NCBI GenBank assembly: GCA_016700315.1
Contig: CP065013.1
Span: 577,449-641,448, forward strand
Reading direction: 5' to 3'
Source of the DNA: Candidatus Saccharimonadota bacterium
GTDB taxonomy: Bacteria > Patescibacteriota > Saccharimonadia > Saccharimonadales > SZUA-47
DNA length: 64,000 nucleotides
This document shows, in pieces, positions 17,354-25,806 of this stretch. The notes under the pieces were generated by a model. It was given only the letters and a program-made list of their open reading frames with translations, did not search any database and was not told the DNA's origin. How positions within the stretch are numbered: position 1 is the stretch's first letter; every line of letters starts with the position of its first letter. The position numbers were made by a program, and so were the translations under genes.

Positions 17354-18901
17354 ATGATGTTTCGGAGGGTAATTACTGGAATTTTCGTACTTGGGCTGGC
17401 GGTAACACCGCTGGCTGCTGTGGCTGTGGATCTTGAGCCTAGCGCGACAAAGCAGTTGCTGATAACAGAGTTACAAACTACAGGCAAAAACGATGACGGC
17501 AGCAGTGCTGCCACCAAGGAATTCATCGAACTTTATAATACTTCCGAGGTGGGCTTGGATCTTAGCTCAATACGCCTACAATCTCTTTCGGCTACAGGCT
17601 CTACGTGGTTGTTTCTGAACCCCACCTTACCCGTGACTGGTTGGCTCGCGCCCCAAGACCACTTACTGCTTGCAACCACAGATTACTTAGCAGAAGAAGC
17701 CGACTTTTTTTACTCGGCAAAGCTTGCTGAAGTTGGCGGGCATGTCCGTGTTGTTAGAGTAAATCCTGATGACGCAACTGTGGTTCTTGAAGTTTTGGAT
17801 ACTCTAGGATGGGGGACGGCCTTGCAGCCCGAGACGGTGGCGGCCGCCAAGCACATCGCCGGTCAGAGCCTTCAAAGACAAATAGATGAAATAGGGAAGT
17901 ATGTTGATACCGACAATAACCAGTCAGACTTTCTTTCGACAATCACACCAGACCCCCAAAGCAGAAAGCTGGAATACACACCACCAGTTGACGATGAAGA
18001 TCCGCCAGTTGATGACGGCAGTGGTAGCGGTGATACGGACGGCGACACCGGTAGTGACTCAGGCGATGGTGATGACGCTGGTGAGACAGGAAATGGCGGC
18101 GGTACAGAGAATGATGGAGGCAGCACAGATAACAGCGGAGAGACAGGTGGTGGCTCTGGCGGTACCGGCGGAACTCCTGCTCCAAGTCCAAAATCCCTAA
18201 AACCTCTTCTTCTAAGTGAACTTTTGCCTAATCCAGCCAGTCCGCAAAATGACAGTAGTGACGAATATGTCGAAATATATAATCCAAATGATGAAGCAGT
18301 TAAGTTGGACGGTTGGTATATCGAAACCGGCAAAAGCTTTTCCTACCGAGTTTATCTAGACGGCAAAACCATCGGTGCCGGTGGCTATCTGACCATAACT
18401 TCCGGAGAGACGAGTTTGACTTTGTCAAACACGGCTGGCGCGGCGCGGTTGGTTGACGATGGTGGCGTAACAATCAGTGAAGCCGATCTTTATGAGGAGG
18501 CCAAGCCTGGCGAAGCTTGGGCCGAAATTAATGGGGTATGGCAGTGGACGACTACGGCAACACCACTGCTGCCTAATGTTCTGACGTCAAGAGTCGAGCT
18601 CGTGTCTGCACCTAAAGTAGCCGCCAAGAAAACCGCCGCAAAAAAGGCTACTACTTCGTCTGCTAAAACTGCATCGGCTAAAACAACTTCCAAAAAGACA
18701 ACTACTTCGCCCGGGCGACAGATATTTCAGGCACCTTCAGAAGACGGACAAGTTTTGCCGGTTAATCCGGTCGTGCTTGCCACCGTCGGTGCTAGCGCGC
18801 TAGTCTATATGGTGTATGAATATCGACAAGACTTTCGTAATCGTATCCAAAAGCTCCGACGATACCGAGAACTTCGCCGAGCAGCTCGGTCGCAAGCTTA
18901 A
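17354..18901 (+). CDS. Secreted, membrane-anchored protein with two lamin-tail domains (LTD)
   Basis: 515 aa with a signal peptide. LTD motifs: LLITELQT...KEFIELYNTSEVGLDLSSIRL and LLLSELLPNP...DEYVEIYNPNDEAVKLDGWYI. Also has an acidic, D/G/S/T/E-rich linker, a K/T/A/S-rich tail and a C-terminal TM helix. Confidence 0.8.
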   Translation: MMFRRVITGIFVLGLAVTPLAAVAVDLEPSATKQLLITELQTTGKNDDGSSAATKEFIELYNTSEVGLDLSSIRLQSLSATGSTWLFLNPTLPVTGWLAPQDHLLLATTDYLAEEADFFYSAKLAEVGGHVRVVRVNPDDATVVLEVLDTLGWGTALQPETVAAAKHIAGQSLQRQIDEIGKYVDTDNNQSDFLSTITPDPQSRKLEYTPPVDDEDPPVDDGSGSGDTDGDTGSDSGDGDDAGETGNGGGTENDGGSTDNSGETGGGSGGTGGTPAPSPKSLKPLLLSELLPNPASPQNDSSDEYVEIYNPNDEAVKLDGWYIETGKSFSYRVYLDGKTIGAGGYLTITSGETSLTLSNTAGAARLVDDGGVTISEADLYEEAKPGEAWAEINGVWQWTTTATPLLPNVLTSRVELVSAPKVAAKKTAAKKATTSSAKTASAKTTSKKTTTSPGRQIFQAPSEDGQVLPVNPVVLATVGASALVYMVYEYRQDFRNRIQKLRRYRELRRAARSQA

Positions 18902-19298
18902 GGGTGGCGAGACGATTGAACTCATTAGTGATTTAGGCGGAGGAAAAACTACTTTTGTGCGCGGTTTGGCGCGCGGGGCGAGAAGTAGCGATATAGTTGC
19001 AAGCCCGACTTTTGTTATTGAGAAGCAGTATGTTTGCCCAAAATTTTTGATTCAGCACTTTGACCTTTATCGTTTAGGTGGCGATGAAAGGCTAATTCAG
19101 CAGACATTGCATGAGTCAATTGAAGAAGGTAGTGTGGTGGTGGTTGAATGGGCGAGCCAGGTGCCAGGGGCATTAGAAGTAAGTAGGTTGAAAGTGGAGC
19201 TTCGGCGTACGCCAGACTCTGAAGACTCTCGAGAGATACTCTGCACTTTCCCCGGGGGCTTGGCATATTTATTTGAAGGGTTTTTAGCAGTAAGATGA
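18816..19298 (+). CDS. tsaE: tRNA t6A biosynthesis ATPase TsaE
   Basis: 160 aa. P-loop LISDLGGGKTTFVRG and the SPTF motif. The start at 18816 overlaps the upstream gene by 86 nt. Confidence 0.8.
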   Translation: MNIDKTFVIVSKSSDDTENFAEQLGRKLKGGETIELISDLGGGKTTFVRGLARGARSSDIVASPTFVIEKQYVCPKFLIQHFDLYRLGGDERLIQQTLHESIEEGSVVVVEWASQVPGALEVSRLKVELRRTPDSEDSREILCTFPGGLAYLFEGFLAVR

Positions 19299-19684
19299 TT
19301 TTAGGCATTAGGACTGACAAGCCAGAATCGGAACTTTGGTTGGCGGATGCAGCGGGCAAGTTGGTTGAAGTTTATAAGTGGCAAGCTCACCGTCAACTGG
19401 CTGAGACAATACATCTTGAGATGCGAAATCTATTGAGTAGGCACGAAAGTGATCTTCAAAGTTTGACTGGCATTGTTGGCTTTTTGGGGCCTGGTTCATT
19501 TACTGGGCTGAGGATAGGCTTGAGTGTCGCGAATGCGCTAGCTTACGGCTTAGGAATCCCGATTGCTGGCCGCGAAGATGATCACTGGTTTGAAAAAGGC
19601 GTAGTGGATCTAGGGAATGAGCCTCGTGAGCCGCTGACCCCTAATTACGGGGCGCCTGTTCACATTACGGAGCAAAAAAAGTGA
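19295..19684 (+). CDS. tsaB: Short TsaB-like protein (t6A biosynthesis, N-terminal domain only)
   Basis: 129 aa. ILGIRT... and GPGSFTGLRIGLSVANALAYGLGIPI are typical of TsaB/YeaZ. It is truncated relative to the canonical length of about 230 aa. Confidence 0.7.
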   Translation: MILGIRTDKPESELWLADAAGKLVEVYKWQAHRQLAETIHLEMRNLLSRHESDLQSLTGIVGFLGPGSFTGLRIGLSVANALAYGLGIPIAGREDDHWFEKGVVDLGNEPREPLTPNYGAPVHITEQKK

Positions 19685-19849
19685 TTGTCGGATTTAGCCG
19701 GCTAACGATATAATGTATTTAAGATTTCGGAGTTTTGAGATCTTATACTGATTATTTAAATTAATTTTTGATTTCCTACCGTTATCTCTTAGCTAATGAA
19801 GTGATAGTGATGCTCTGTGGAAATAGGTAGTAGATAGAAAGGGACTATT

Positions 19850-21364
19850 ATGGGTCCAGAAGTTATTATCGCAGCTGTTGTGGCTGCTATTGCGGGCTAT
19901 GGTGCAAGCACTGTTTCAAGCAAAAAAAAGCTAGGTAACGTCGAAGAAGAAGCGGCAAAGCAGGCCGACAAAGCCAAGAAAGAAGCTGCAAAAGTTATCG
20001 CTGACGCAAAAGAAAAGGCGGCAGAGCTAGCTGACGAAGCACGCAGAGAAGACCAGAAAAGACGAAACGAAACAAAAGAGATAGAAAAGCGTTTATTAGC
20101 CCGAGAAGAGTCTCTAGACAAAAAACTAGACGAAATCGATAAACGAAGCGAGAAGCTTCGAACCTCTGAAACAGAGGTAGAAGAGCTAAAAAACGAGATT
20201 CGTGACATTCGCGTTAAGCAGCAAGAAAAACTCGAGAAGATTGCTGGTCTCAAAAAGACAGAAGCAGCCGAGAAGCTAATGCAGATGACCGAGCGTGACA
20301 TAAAGCACGATCTCGAGGGGTTGGTTGCTAAGCTGCAAAACGAAGCCAAAGATAATGCCGAAGAACTAGCTACGACAGTTATTGTTCAGGCCATGGAGAG
20401 AATGGCAAGTGAGGTTACAGCCGAGCGCACAGTCACAGCGCTCAAGCTTGAAGACGAGGAAATGAAAGGCCGCATTATCGGTAAAGAGGGTCGTAACATT
20501 CAGGCGCTTCAGCGCGCTACTGGCGTTGACATTATGGTTGACGACACTCCAGGCATGATTATTCTTTCTAGCTTTGATCCAGTCAGGCGAGAAGTTGCTC
20601 GCAAAACCATGGAAATGTTGATGAAGGACGGTCGTATTCACCCAGGTAGGATCGAAGAAATCGTCGACAAAGCCCAAAAAGAAGTCCAAAAGGAAATCAC
20701 ACGCGCCGGTGAAGACGCTGCTCGAGAAGTAGGTATCATTGGTATTCCTAAGGAGGTGTTGCAGCTTCTTGGTGAGCTGAAGTTCCGTACTAGCTACGGC
20801 CAGAACGTGCTTAAGCACTCTACCGAAATGGCGCACATGGCTGGGATCTTGGCCGAGCAGCTTGGCGCTAACGTCAAGACAGCTAAGTATGCAGCTCTTA
20901 TCCATGACATGGGCAAGGCTCTCACTCACAAAATGGAAGGCAAACACCACCACATTAGTGGTGAAATGGCTCGTAAATACGGCGTGCCAGAAGAAGTTGC
21001 GCAAGCAGCCGAGCAACATCACGATGACGTTGAGGCCACAAGTGTCGAAGCTGTAATTATTCGAGTAGTCGACGCGATTAGTGCTTCCCGCCCTGGTGCA
21101 AGGAACATCAGTGCCGAAAACTTCGCTGAGCGCATGCGGGATCTTGAAAATACAGCGCTCACTTTTGAAGGTATCGACAAAGCCTATGCCATTAGCGCTG
21201 GCCGTGAAGTACGAGTTTTTGTTAAGCCAACCGCGATTGATGATCTTGGAGCAATCAAATTGGCCCGAGATATTGCTACAAAAATTGAGAGTACCATGCA
21301 GTATCCTGGTACGATCAAGGTGAATGTCATTCGTGAAACCCGTGCCATAGAGTTCGCCAAGTAG
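19850..21364 (+). CDS. rny: Ribonuclease Y
   Basis: 504 aa. N-terminal TM helix, long coiled-coil, a KH domain (GRIIGKEGRNIQAL) and an HD domain (HDMGKA...HH). Confidence 0.95.
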   Translation: MGPEVIIAAVVAAIAGYGASTVSSKKKLGNVEEEAAKQADKAKKEAAKVIADAKEKAAELADEARREDQKRRNETKEIEKRLLAREESLDKKLDEIDKRSEKLRTSETEVEELKNEIRDIRVKQQEKLEKIAGLKKTEAAEKLMQMTERDIKHDLEGLVAKLQNEAKDNAEELATTVIVQAMERMASEVTAERTVTALKLEDEEMKGRIIGKEGRNIQALQRATGVDIMVDDTPGMIILSSFDPVRREVARKTMEMLMKDGRIHPGRIEEIVDKAQKEVQKEITRAGEDAAREVGIIGIPKEVLQLLGELKFRTSYGQNVLKHSTEMAHMAGILAEQLGANVKTAKYAALIHDMGKALTHKMEGKHHHISGEMARKYGVPEEVAQAAEQHHDDVEATSVEAVIIRVVDAISASRPGARNISAENFAERMRDLENTALTFEGIDKAYAISAGREVRVFVKPTAIDDLGAIKLARDIATKIESTMQYPGTIKVNVIRETRAIEFAK

Positions 21365-21427
21365 CAGGCTGTAGATATCTGACGGCACACTACTTGATCC
21401 ACCAAGTAATTTTAACTACAAATCTAG

Positions 21428-21963
21428 ATGAAAAAAATATATTTCATGAGGCATGGGCAAAGTGAAGCAAATGCGGCCAAACTTGTAGCGGGCGGTGGAC
21501 TGGATAGTCCTTTGACCAGACTAGGAATGGAGCAAGCGGCCAAAGTCGGCCGGCAACTGAAAGACAAAAAATACAGCTGATAGTCAGCTCGCCGATGAAG
21601 CGAGCCTACCATAGTGCAGTGGTTCTGGCTAATGAACTGGGCTATCCCGCAGATAAGATAGTTTTGAGTGATTTTTTCAGAGAGAGGCACTTGGGCGATC
21701 TGACGGGAAAGCCTCATGACGAGGTTCAGCTCTACTTTGATATAAATGCCACACCACCCGGTGGTGAAAGTACTGAGCAGGTTTATGCGAGAATTATTGA
21801 GGGCTTATCATGGCTAAAGACTCTTGAGGCCGATAGGATTTTGGTTGTTAGCCACGGTGGACCGGGTCGAATGCTGCGAGCAATTTATCGTGACGAGCAA
21901 CATCGGACAATTAATTCATTAGCATCGATCGGCAACGCCGAGTTGCTGGAGGTAGACTTGTGA
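21428..21963 (+). pseudogene. Histidine phosphatase (phosphoglycerate mutase-like) family gene with a 1-nt frameshift
   Basis: The N-terminus MKKIYFMRHGQSEAN (RHG motif) stops at TGA 21578. The family sequence continues in the next frame (IQLIVSSPMKRA...VVSHGG). One extra A in the A6 run at 21566-21571 restores the frame. Confidence 0.8.
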
Positions 21964-22283
21964 GCGATTCGCTCAATAGTTTACAGAAGCGCATAGATGA
22001 CATTCTCCAACAGTACGAGAAGCCTTATTGGGGTCCATTAAGCAATGTCGCGCGACTAGCCGAGGAAGTTGGCGAAGTGGCACGAGTCATTAACCACCGA
22101 TATGGTGATAAGCCAAAGAAGTCTAACGAGAAAGCCGATGACCTTGAAGACGAACTTGCCGATGTGCTGTGGACGGTTATTTGCCTTGCTAACCAAGAAG
22201 GAATAGATCTTGATCATGGCATTCAGAGGTCCATAGACAAATTGCTTATTAGAGACAAGGAGAGGTTTAAGAAGAAGTTATGA
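21960..22283 (+). CDS. MazG-like nucleotide pyrophosphohydrolase
   Basis: 107 aa. LAEEVGEVARV...EDELADVLWTVICLAN is the EExxE...ExxD MazG motif. Confidence 0.85.
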   Translation: MSDSLNSLQKRIDDILQQYEKPYWGPLSNVARLAEEVGEVARVINHRYGDKPKKSNEKADDLEDELADVLWTVICLANQEGIDLDHGIQRSIDKLLIRDKERFKKKL

Positions 22284-22891
22284 ATTACGAAATAGAAGCT
22301 AAGTTTTTGAATATCAACATCGAAGAGATTAGAACAAAGCTTACACAGGCTGGAGGTAGTTGCCTAAAGCCTATGCGTTTGATGCGACGGGCGATGTTCG
22401 ACTATCCTGACGGAAGATTTCAAAAAAGTGTCAAAAACAAAGAACAGTTTTCGGAACGCCTAAGAGTTCGCGATGAAGGCGACAAAGTCACGATCACTTA
22501 CAAAAAATCTAACCGTACAAATTATGCTCACGAACTCGAAACGACCGTTGGAGATTACGATGCAATGATAGAGCTACTTTTGGCGGTTGGGTTTAAAGTA
22601 TTCAGTTATCAAGAATCTAGGCGAGAGACCTGGCAGCTGGGTCAAGTAGAGGTCGTTATCGATGAATGGCTATGGCTGCCAAGTTACATCGAAATCGAAG
22701 CCGAAAGCGAAGAATTAGTTAAAGATGCAGCAGCTAGACTGGCACTTGATTGGGCCGATGCAAAATTCGGCAGTGTCGACACAGCCTACAGGGAAAAATA
22801 CAAAAAGATGAAACCAGGGGAGAGTGTAGGCGAGCTGGCCGAAGTTTGTTTTGACGCACCACTACCCCAATTCTTCATCGATAGGCAGTAA
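22280..22891 (+). CDS. CYTH-domain protein (class IV adenylate cyclase / triphosphatase family)
   Basis: 203 aa. Starts with the YEIEAKF ExExK motif. Confidence 0.8.
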   Translation: MNYEIEAKFLNINIEEIRTKLTQAGGSCLKPMRLMRRAMFDYPDGRFQKSVKNKEQFSERLRVRDEGDKVTITYKKSNRTNYAHELETTVGDYDAMIELLLAVGFKVFSYQESRRETWQLGQVEVVIDEWLWLPSYIEIEAESEELVKDAAARLALDWADAKFGSVDTAYREKYKKMKPGESVGELAEVCFDAPLPQFFIDRQ

Positions 22892-22957
22892 CTTTTTCCG
22901 TAGATGCCAGCATTTGTGTTGGCTGTAATTTTTAAGTATAATTATCTCTGTTATATT

Positions 22958-22995
22958 CGGGAGTGGCGCTAGTAAGGCAAGCGCGGGCGGTTTGA
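22958..22995 (+). other. 5' fragment of a tRNA-Pro paralog, broken in the anticodon loop
   Basis: CGGGAGTGGCGC..GCGCGGGCGGTTTGA aligns with positions 1 to about 35 of the intact tRNA-Pro at 23175. It has its own upstream TATAAT at 22937-22942. Confidence 0.7.
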
Positions 22996-23150
22996 GTGAG
23001 AAGTGCCAGTGGCTCCGCCAGCTGGCGGATTGCAAGGCCGGAAACAGATTTTGAACCTGTTCAAAGTATGTTGAAGCGGGGCCGAGGCATGGCTGGCCAT
23101 AGGCTACCGTGATCGTGATCGTGGTCGTAAAGTCGCAAGTCGTGTAACGA
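22996..23150 (+). ncRNA. GTGAGAA-type tRNA-linked structured element, copy E1 (long subtype)
   Basis: Motifs in order: GTGAGAAGTGCCAGTGG, CTCCGCC-AGCT-GGCGGAT, GCAAGG, GGAAAC, hairpin TTGAA-CCTG-TTCAA, GTTGAAGCGGGGCCGAG. Collinear with copy E2. Confidence 0.55.
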
Positions 23151-23174
23151 ACTTTTTAGTTATAATGTATTTAT

Positions 23175-23251
23175 CGGGGAGTGGCGCAGTTTGGTAGCGC
23201 GGGCGGTTTGGGACCGTCAGGTCGCAGGTTCAAATCCTGTCTCCCCGACCA
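23175..23251 (+). tRNA. tRNA-Pro (anticodon TGG), CCA encoded
   Basis: Cloverleaf folded by hand: acceptor CGGGGAG/CTCCCCG, D stem GCGC/GCGC, anticodon loop TTTGGGA, T arm GCAGG-TTCAAAT-CCTGT. TATAAT at 23161-23166. Confidence 0.95.
23243..23251 (+). repeat. Left direct repeat (attL core) CCCCGACCA inside the tRNA-Pro 3' end
   Basis: Identical 9-mer at 33229-33237; the extended match is 11 of 13. Confidence 0.7.
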
Positions 23252-23354
23252 GAGAAGTCTTACTCAAACTCCCGGCTTGCCCGTCCTCACTGGACGGCAA
23301 GCCGGGAGTTTCTGTTTCCGGGGCTTCGTGCCTCATTCGCCGACGGCAGTCCTC

Positions 23355-23627
23355 GCGGCCGAGCCGTCTCGCTTCACGTTCCATGTGCACGATCTGCCGG
23401 AACGGCTCGTTGATGTCGTCGGCCACGACCTGATGGCGGTGGATGTAGATCTTGTTGAATACTGCCTGGTTGAGCTGGCGTCGCCCTGAGTCCGTCAGCT
23501 TCCCGTATAGCCCTGATGGCTTGGCGAGCAGGTCGAGGATGAAGTTGATCAGCTCTGCTCCTACTTGGATGTCGGAGTTCAGTCCGGCAAGCTCGTCTCG
23601 CAAGCGCTGGCGGTGCGCGGCTGCTCG
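23355..23627 (-). pseudogene. C-terminal remnant of a large serine recombinase-like gene
   Basis: The segment ...LLAKPSGLYGKLTDSGRRQLNQAVFNKIYIHRHQVVADDINEPFRQI... matches my recollection of the C-terminal tail of actinobacterial recombinase family proteins. There is no catalytic N-terminal part upstream. Confidence 0.45.
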
Positions 23628-23830
23628 GTGATCAGCTCGATCGGCACTGCCGGTCCGACCACGTGATGGAGGCTCAGTAGTCGGTTGGCTTGCCGCTCGG
23701 CGATCTGAAGCGCCTCTCCCAGGGTCAGGACGCGGGAGGGCATCAGCGAACGCAGCTGCTTCAGCGTGCTCTCCGTCGTGCCGTGGCGGGCAACTTCGCT
23801 GTTGGTTGGGTGGTTGATGCAGACAGCGCT
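23579..23830 (-). pseudogene. Fragment of an XRE-HTH / ImmA(IrrE)-like gene
   Basis: ...EVARHGTTESTLKQLRSLMPSRVLTLGEALQIAERQANRLLSL...PIELI resembles the end of an HTH domain plus an ImmA/IrrE N-terminus. It is truncated after about 60 aa. Confidence 0.3.
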
Positions 23831-23949
23831 CGTCAGGCGCAACGCCGAGCCGATGATAGATACCAAGAGGCTGGCAACACGGCAGTTGGTGGACTGAGTG
23901 ACATCGAGATGCGGATTGGCCAGCTGCAGGACTTCGAGAGAGCCGGCTG

Positions 23950-24807
23950 ATGGCGACCCACGAGAGCATTGATCGTCTGAGTTACGAAACACGGCATTTG
24001 GCCGACGTGGTCGCCCAGTCCGCAGGGCTGTGGCGTGATCAAGCGTCGGAGCACATCCACAAGCGGTATCTCCGGCCTCATGCGTCCGCCGCTGCGGGGA
24101 TTCTCGAAGGCCTGGCCGAGCAGGATGAGCACGACAGTGCCGCAAGCAACCATGCCGAGGAGGCATACGGCTACCAGCAACAGGCGTTTGCCGTTGTCGA
24201 GGTCGTCAACGCTGAAGTCGACCGGGCGAAGCGTCACGAGCAATCTGCCCACAGCTTCCTAGACCAGACTCTCCGGCACGAGCAGACCGTCGGACAGATC
24301 GAAACCAAGTTTCGATCACTCATCGACCAGGCGAACCATTCATGCAACGGGTGCCCTGGGCATGCCGGGCAAGTTGCGCCGAGTGTCGTCCTGCCTCGAC
24401 GGGTCGATCAGCTTGCGTCGGTCCCGACCCCTCAATCGAGCGCTTCAGCCGAAGCCGACTTTGCGCGTGCGACCGGACGTAACTATGGAGCAGCAGCAGA
24501 GCTCACGGTTGGTGGGCGCAAGTTTGTTCGAACATCAGACGAGGCTGGCCCCTCAGTGGGCTCCTTACATCCTGCTATGCAGGAGGTGCTGGATCGAGTG
24601 CCCGAAGGTCAGCAGTCTAAAACACATGGAAAGTGTGCCGAGATATGGGCTATCAGTGACGCGCTCCACGAGGGTATTGACCCCAGCGGAGGGTCGATCC
24701 ATGCCACTCAGATTGGCGACCGTGGAAGGCTTAAGCATGGGGACACCAAAGGCAACTGCTCATCTTGCAGCTGGGTCCGCAAGGAATTTGGAATTGCGCA
24801 CGCCTGA
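23950..24807 (+). CDS. Polymorphic-toxin-like protein with a C-terminal cytidine-deaminase-fold (YwqJ/SCP1.201-like) domain
   Basis: 285 aa. Helical N-terminal region of about 130 aa. The C-terminus carries HGKCAEIWAISDAL (a CAE zinc/catalytic motif) and GNCSSCSWV (CxxC). Confidence 0.5.
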   Translation: MATHESIDRLSYETRHLADVVAQSAGLWRDQASEHIHKRYLRPHASAAAGILEGLAEQDEHDSAASNHAEEAYGYQQQAFAVVEVVNAEVDRAKRHEQSAHSFLDQTLRHEQTVGQIETKFRSLIDQANHSCNGCPGHAGQVAPSVVLPRRVDQLASVPTPQSSASAEADFARATGRNYGAAAELTVGGRKFVRTSDEAGPSVGSLHPAMQEVLDRVPEGQQSKTHGKCAEIWAISDALHEGIDPSGGSIHATQIGDRGRLKHGDTKGNCSSCSWVRKEFGIAHA

Positions 24808-24810
24808 TGT

Positions 24811-25284
24811 GTGGTAGAATTGATTCAAACTATGATTGACTATGACAGACTCTATAACGCGGCGCTAATGGCCGGCGAGGCGGAATCAGAAGCTGTGTAT
24901 CAACGGCTCATGCAGATTGCAACGAGAACCTTTGGGCCGCTTTCTGGAGAACTTCCAGTCGAGCTCCGACCCCACTTCGCAGACGCCAGGGCTTGCTGGT
25001 TAATGGGTGAGCCGATTGATCTAGAACCTGCAAGGATTCACTGTTGGCAATATCTGAAGGACCATGGCATAACCTACGACAACTTCAGAGAGAACCGTCT
25101 CACCGGAATAATACGAATCCTCATCTGCCTGCTGTACAGCTATGAAGCAAGCCTAGCAACGACTCCTGCAGGTATAGGCGAAGCATCTGACAATATTGCT
25201 TGGTTCTTCAACGAGCTGGGTGACAATGCGATTCAATTGGCTCTACCTCCAAACACCACTGCCGACTCGCCCGGTGCGGGCTGA
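24811..25284 (+). CDS. Candidate cognate immunity protein
   Basis: 157 aa. Starts 3 nt after the toxin stop. Locally lower GC than its neighbours. No recognisable motif. Confidence 0.4.
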   Translation: MVELIQTMIDYDRLYNAALMAGEAESEAVYQRLMQIATRTFGPLSGELPVELRPHFADARACWLMGEPIDLEPARIHCWQYLKDHGITYDNFRENRLTGIIRILICLLYSYEASLATTPAGIGEASDNIAWFFNELGDNAIQLALPPNTTADSPGAG

Positions 25285-25294
25285 CGACTCTTCG

Positions 25295-25806
25295 ATGCTC
25301 TCATTAGATTCTTCGTTCTCTCGAGACGGGATGAATTCAAACTGGATCGGATCATTCGGCGAGCAGTGGTTTGGAACGATGTGTATCGCGTCTCGCTGCA
25401 TTCATTCGAAACCTAATCAGGACACGGCAGGTTTTGACTTTCTGGTCACAGACCAGCAGAGCGAGACGATCCGAGTTCAAGTCAAAGCGACCGAACAGCC
25501 ACAATGGCGTGACGGAAGCTTGGCCTTCGACCTTGACGTCGCCACATACGACAAGCTCAGACAAGGCACAACCCCCGGATTTCTGGTGGTTGTCGTCCTG
25601 CACCGCAGGCTCGAGGTGATCGCGCGTCACTTCGGCCGTGGGTTGTCGTGCGCGCCTCAGGATACTGGCTTCGGTTGGGTGGTCTACCGCCGACGAACAA
25701 CGCCTCCACGATCACTGTGCGACTCCCCTCTGGCAACATGCTGACGCAAGATCAGGTGCCGTTGCTGTTTCCTGCCGAAGGGGGTGTGCAAAGTGAGCGA
25801 GGATGA
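25295..25806 (+). pseudogene. DUF4365-like PD-(D/E)xK nuclease-fold gene with a frameshift near 25600
   Basis: GSFGEQWF...DTAGFDFLV...IRVQVKAT matches the DUF4365 motif pattern. After ...FLVVVVLH the expected continuation (RPWVVVRASGYWLRLGGLPPTNNASTITVRLPSGNMLTQDQV) is in the neighbouring frame, ending at TGA 25804-25806. Confidence 0.5.

Noticed and set aside
17872-18333. 153-aa minus-strand ORF
   Set aside because: It is antisense to the low-complexity linker of the LTD protein, and the repetitive P/S/G composition is a by-product of that linker.
20366-21388. 340-aa ORF on the minus strand
   Set aside because: It is entirely antisense to the well-supported rny gene and has low-complexity composition with no motifs. 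It is a shadow ORF.
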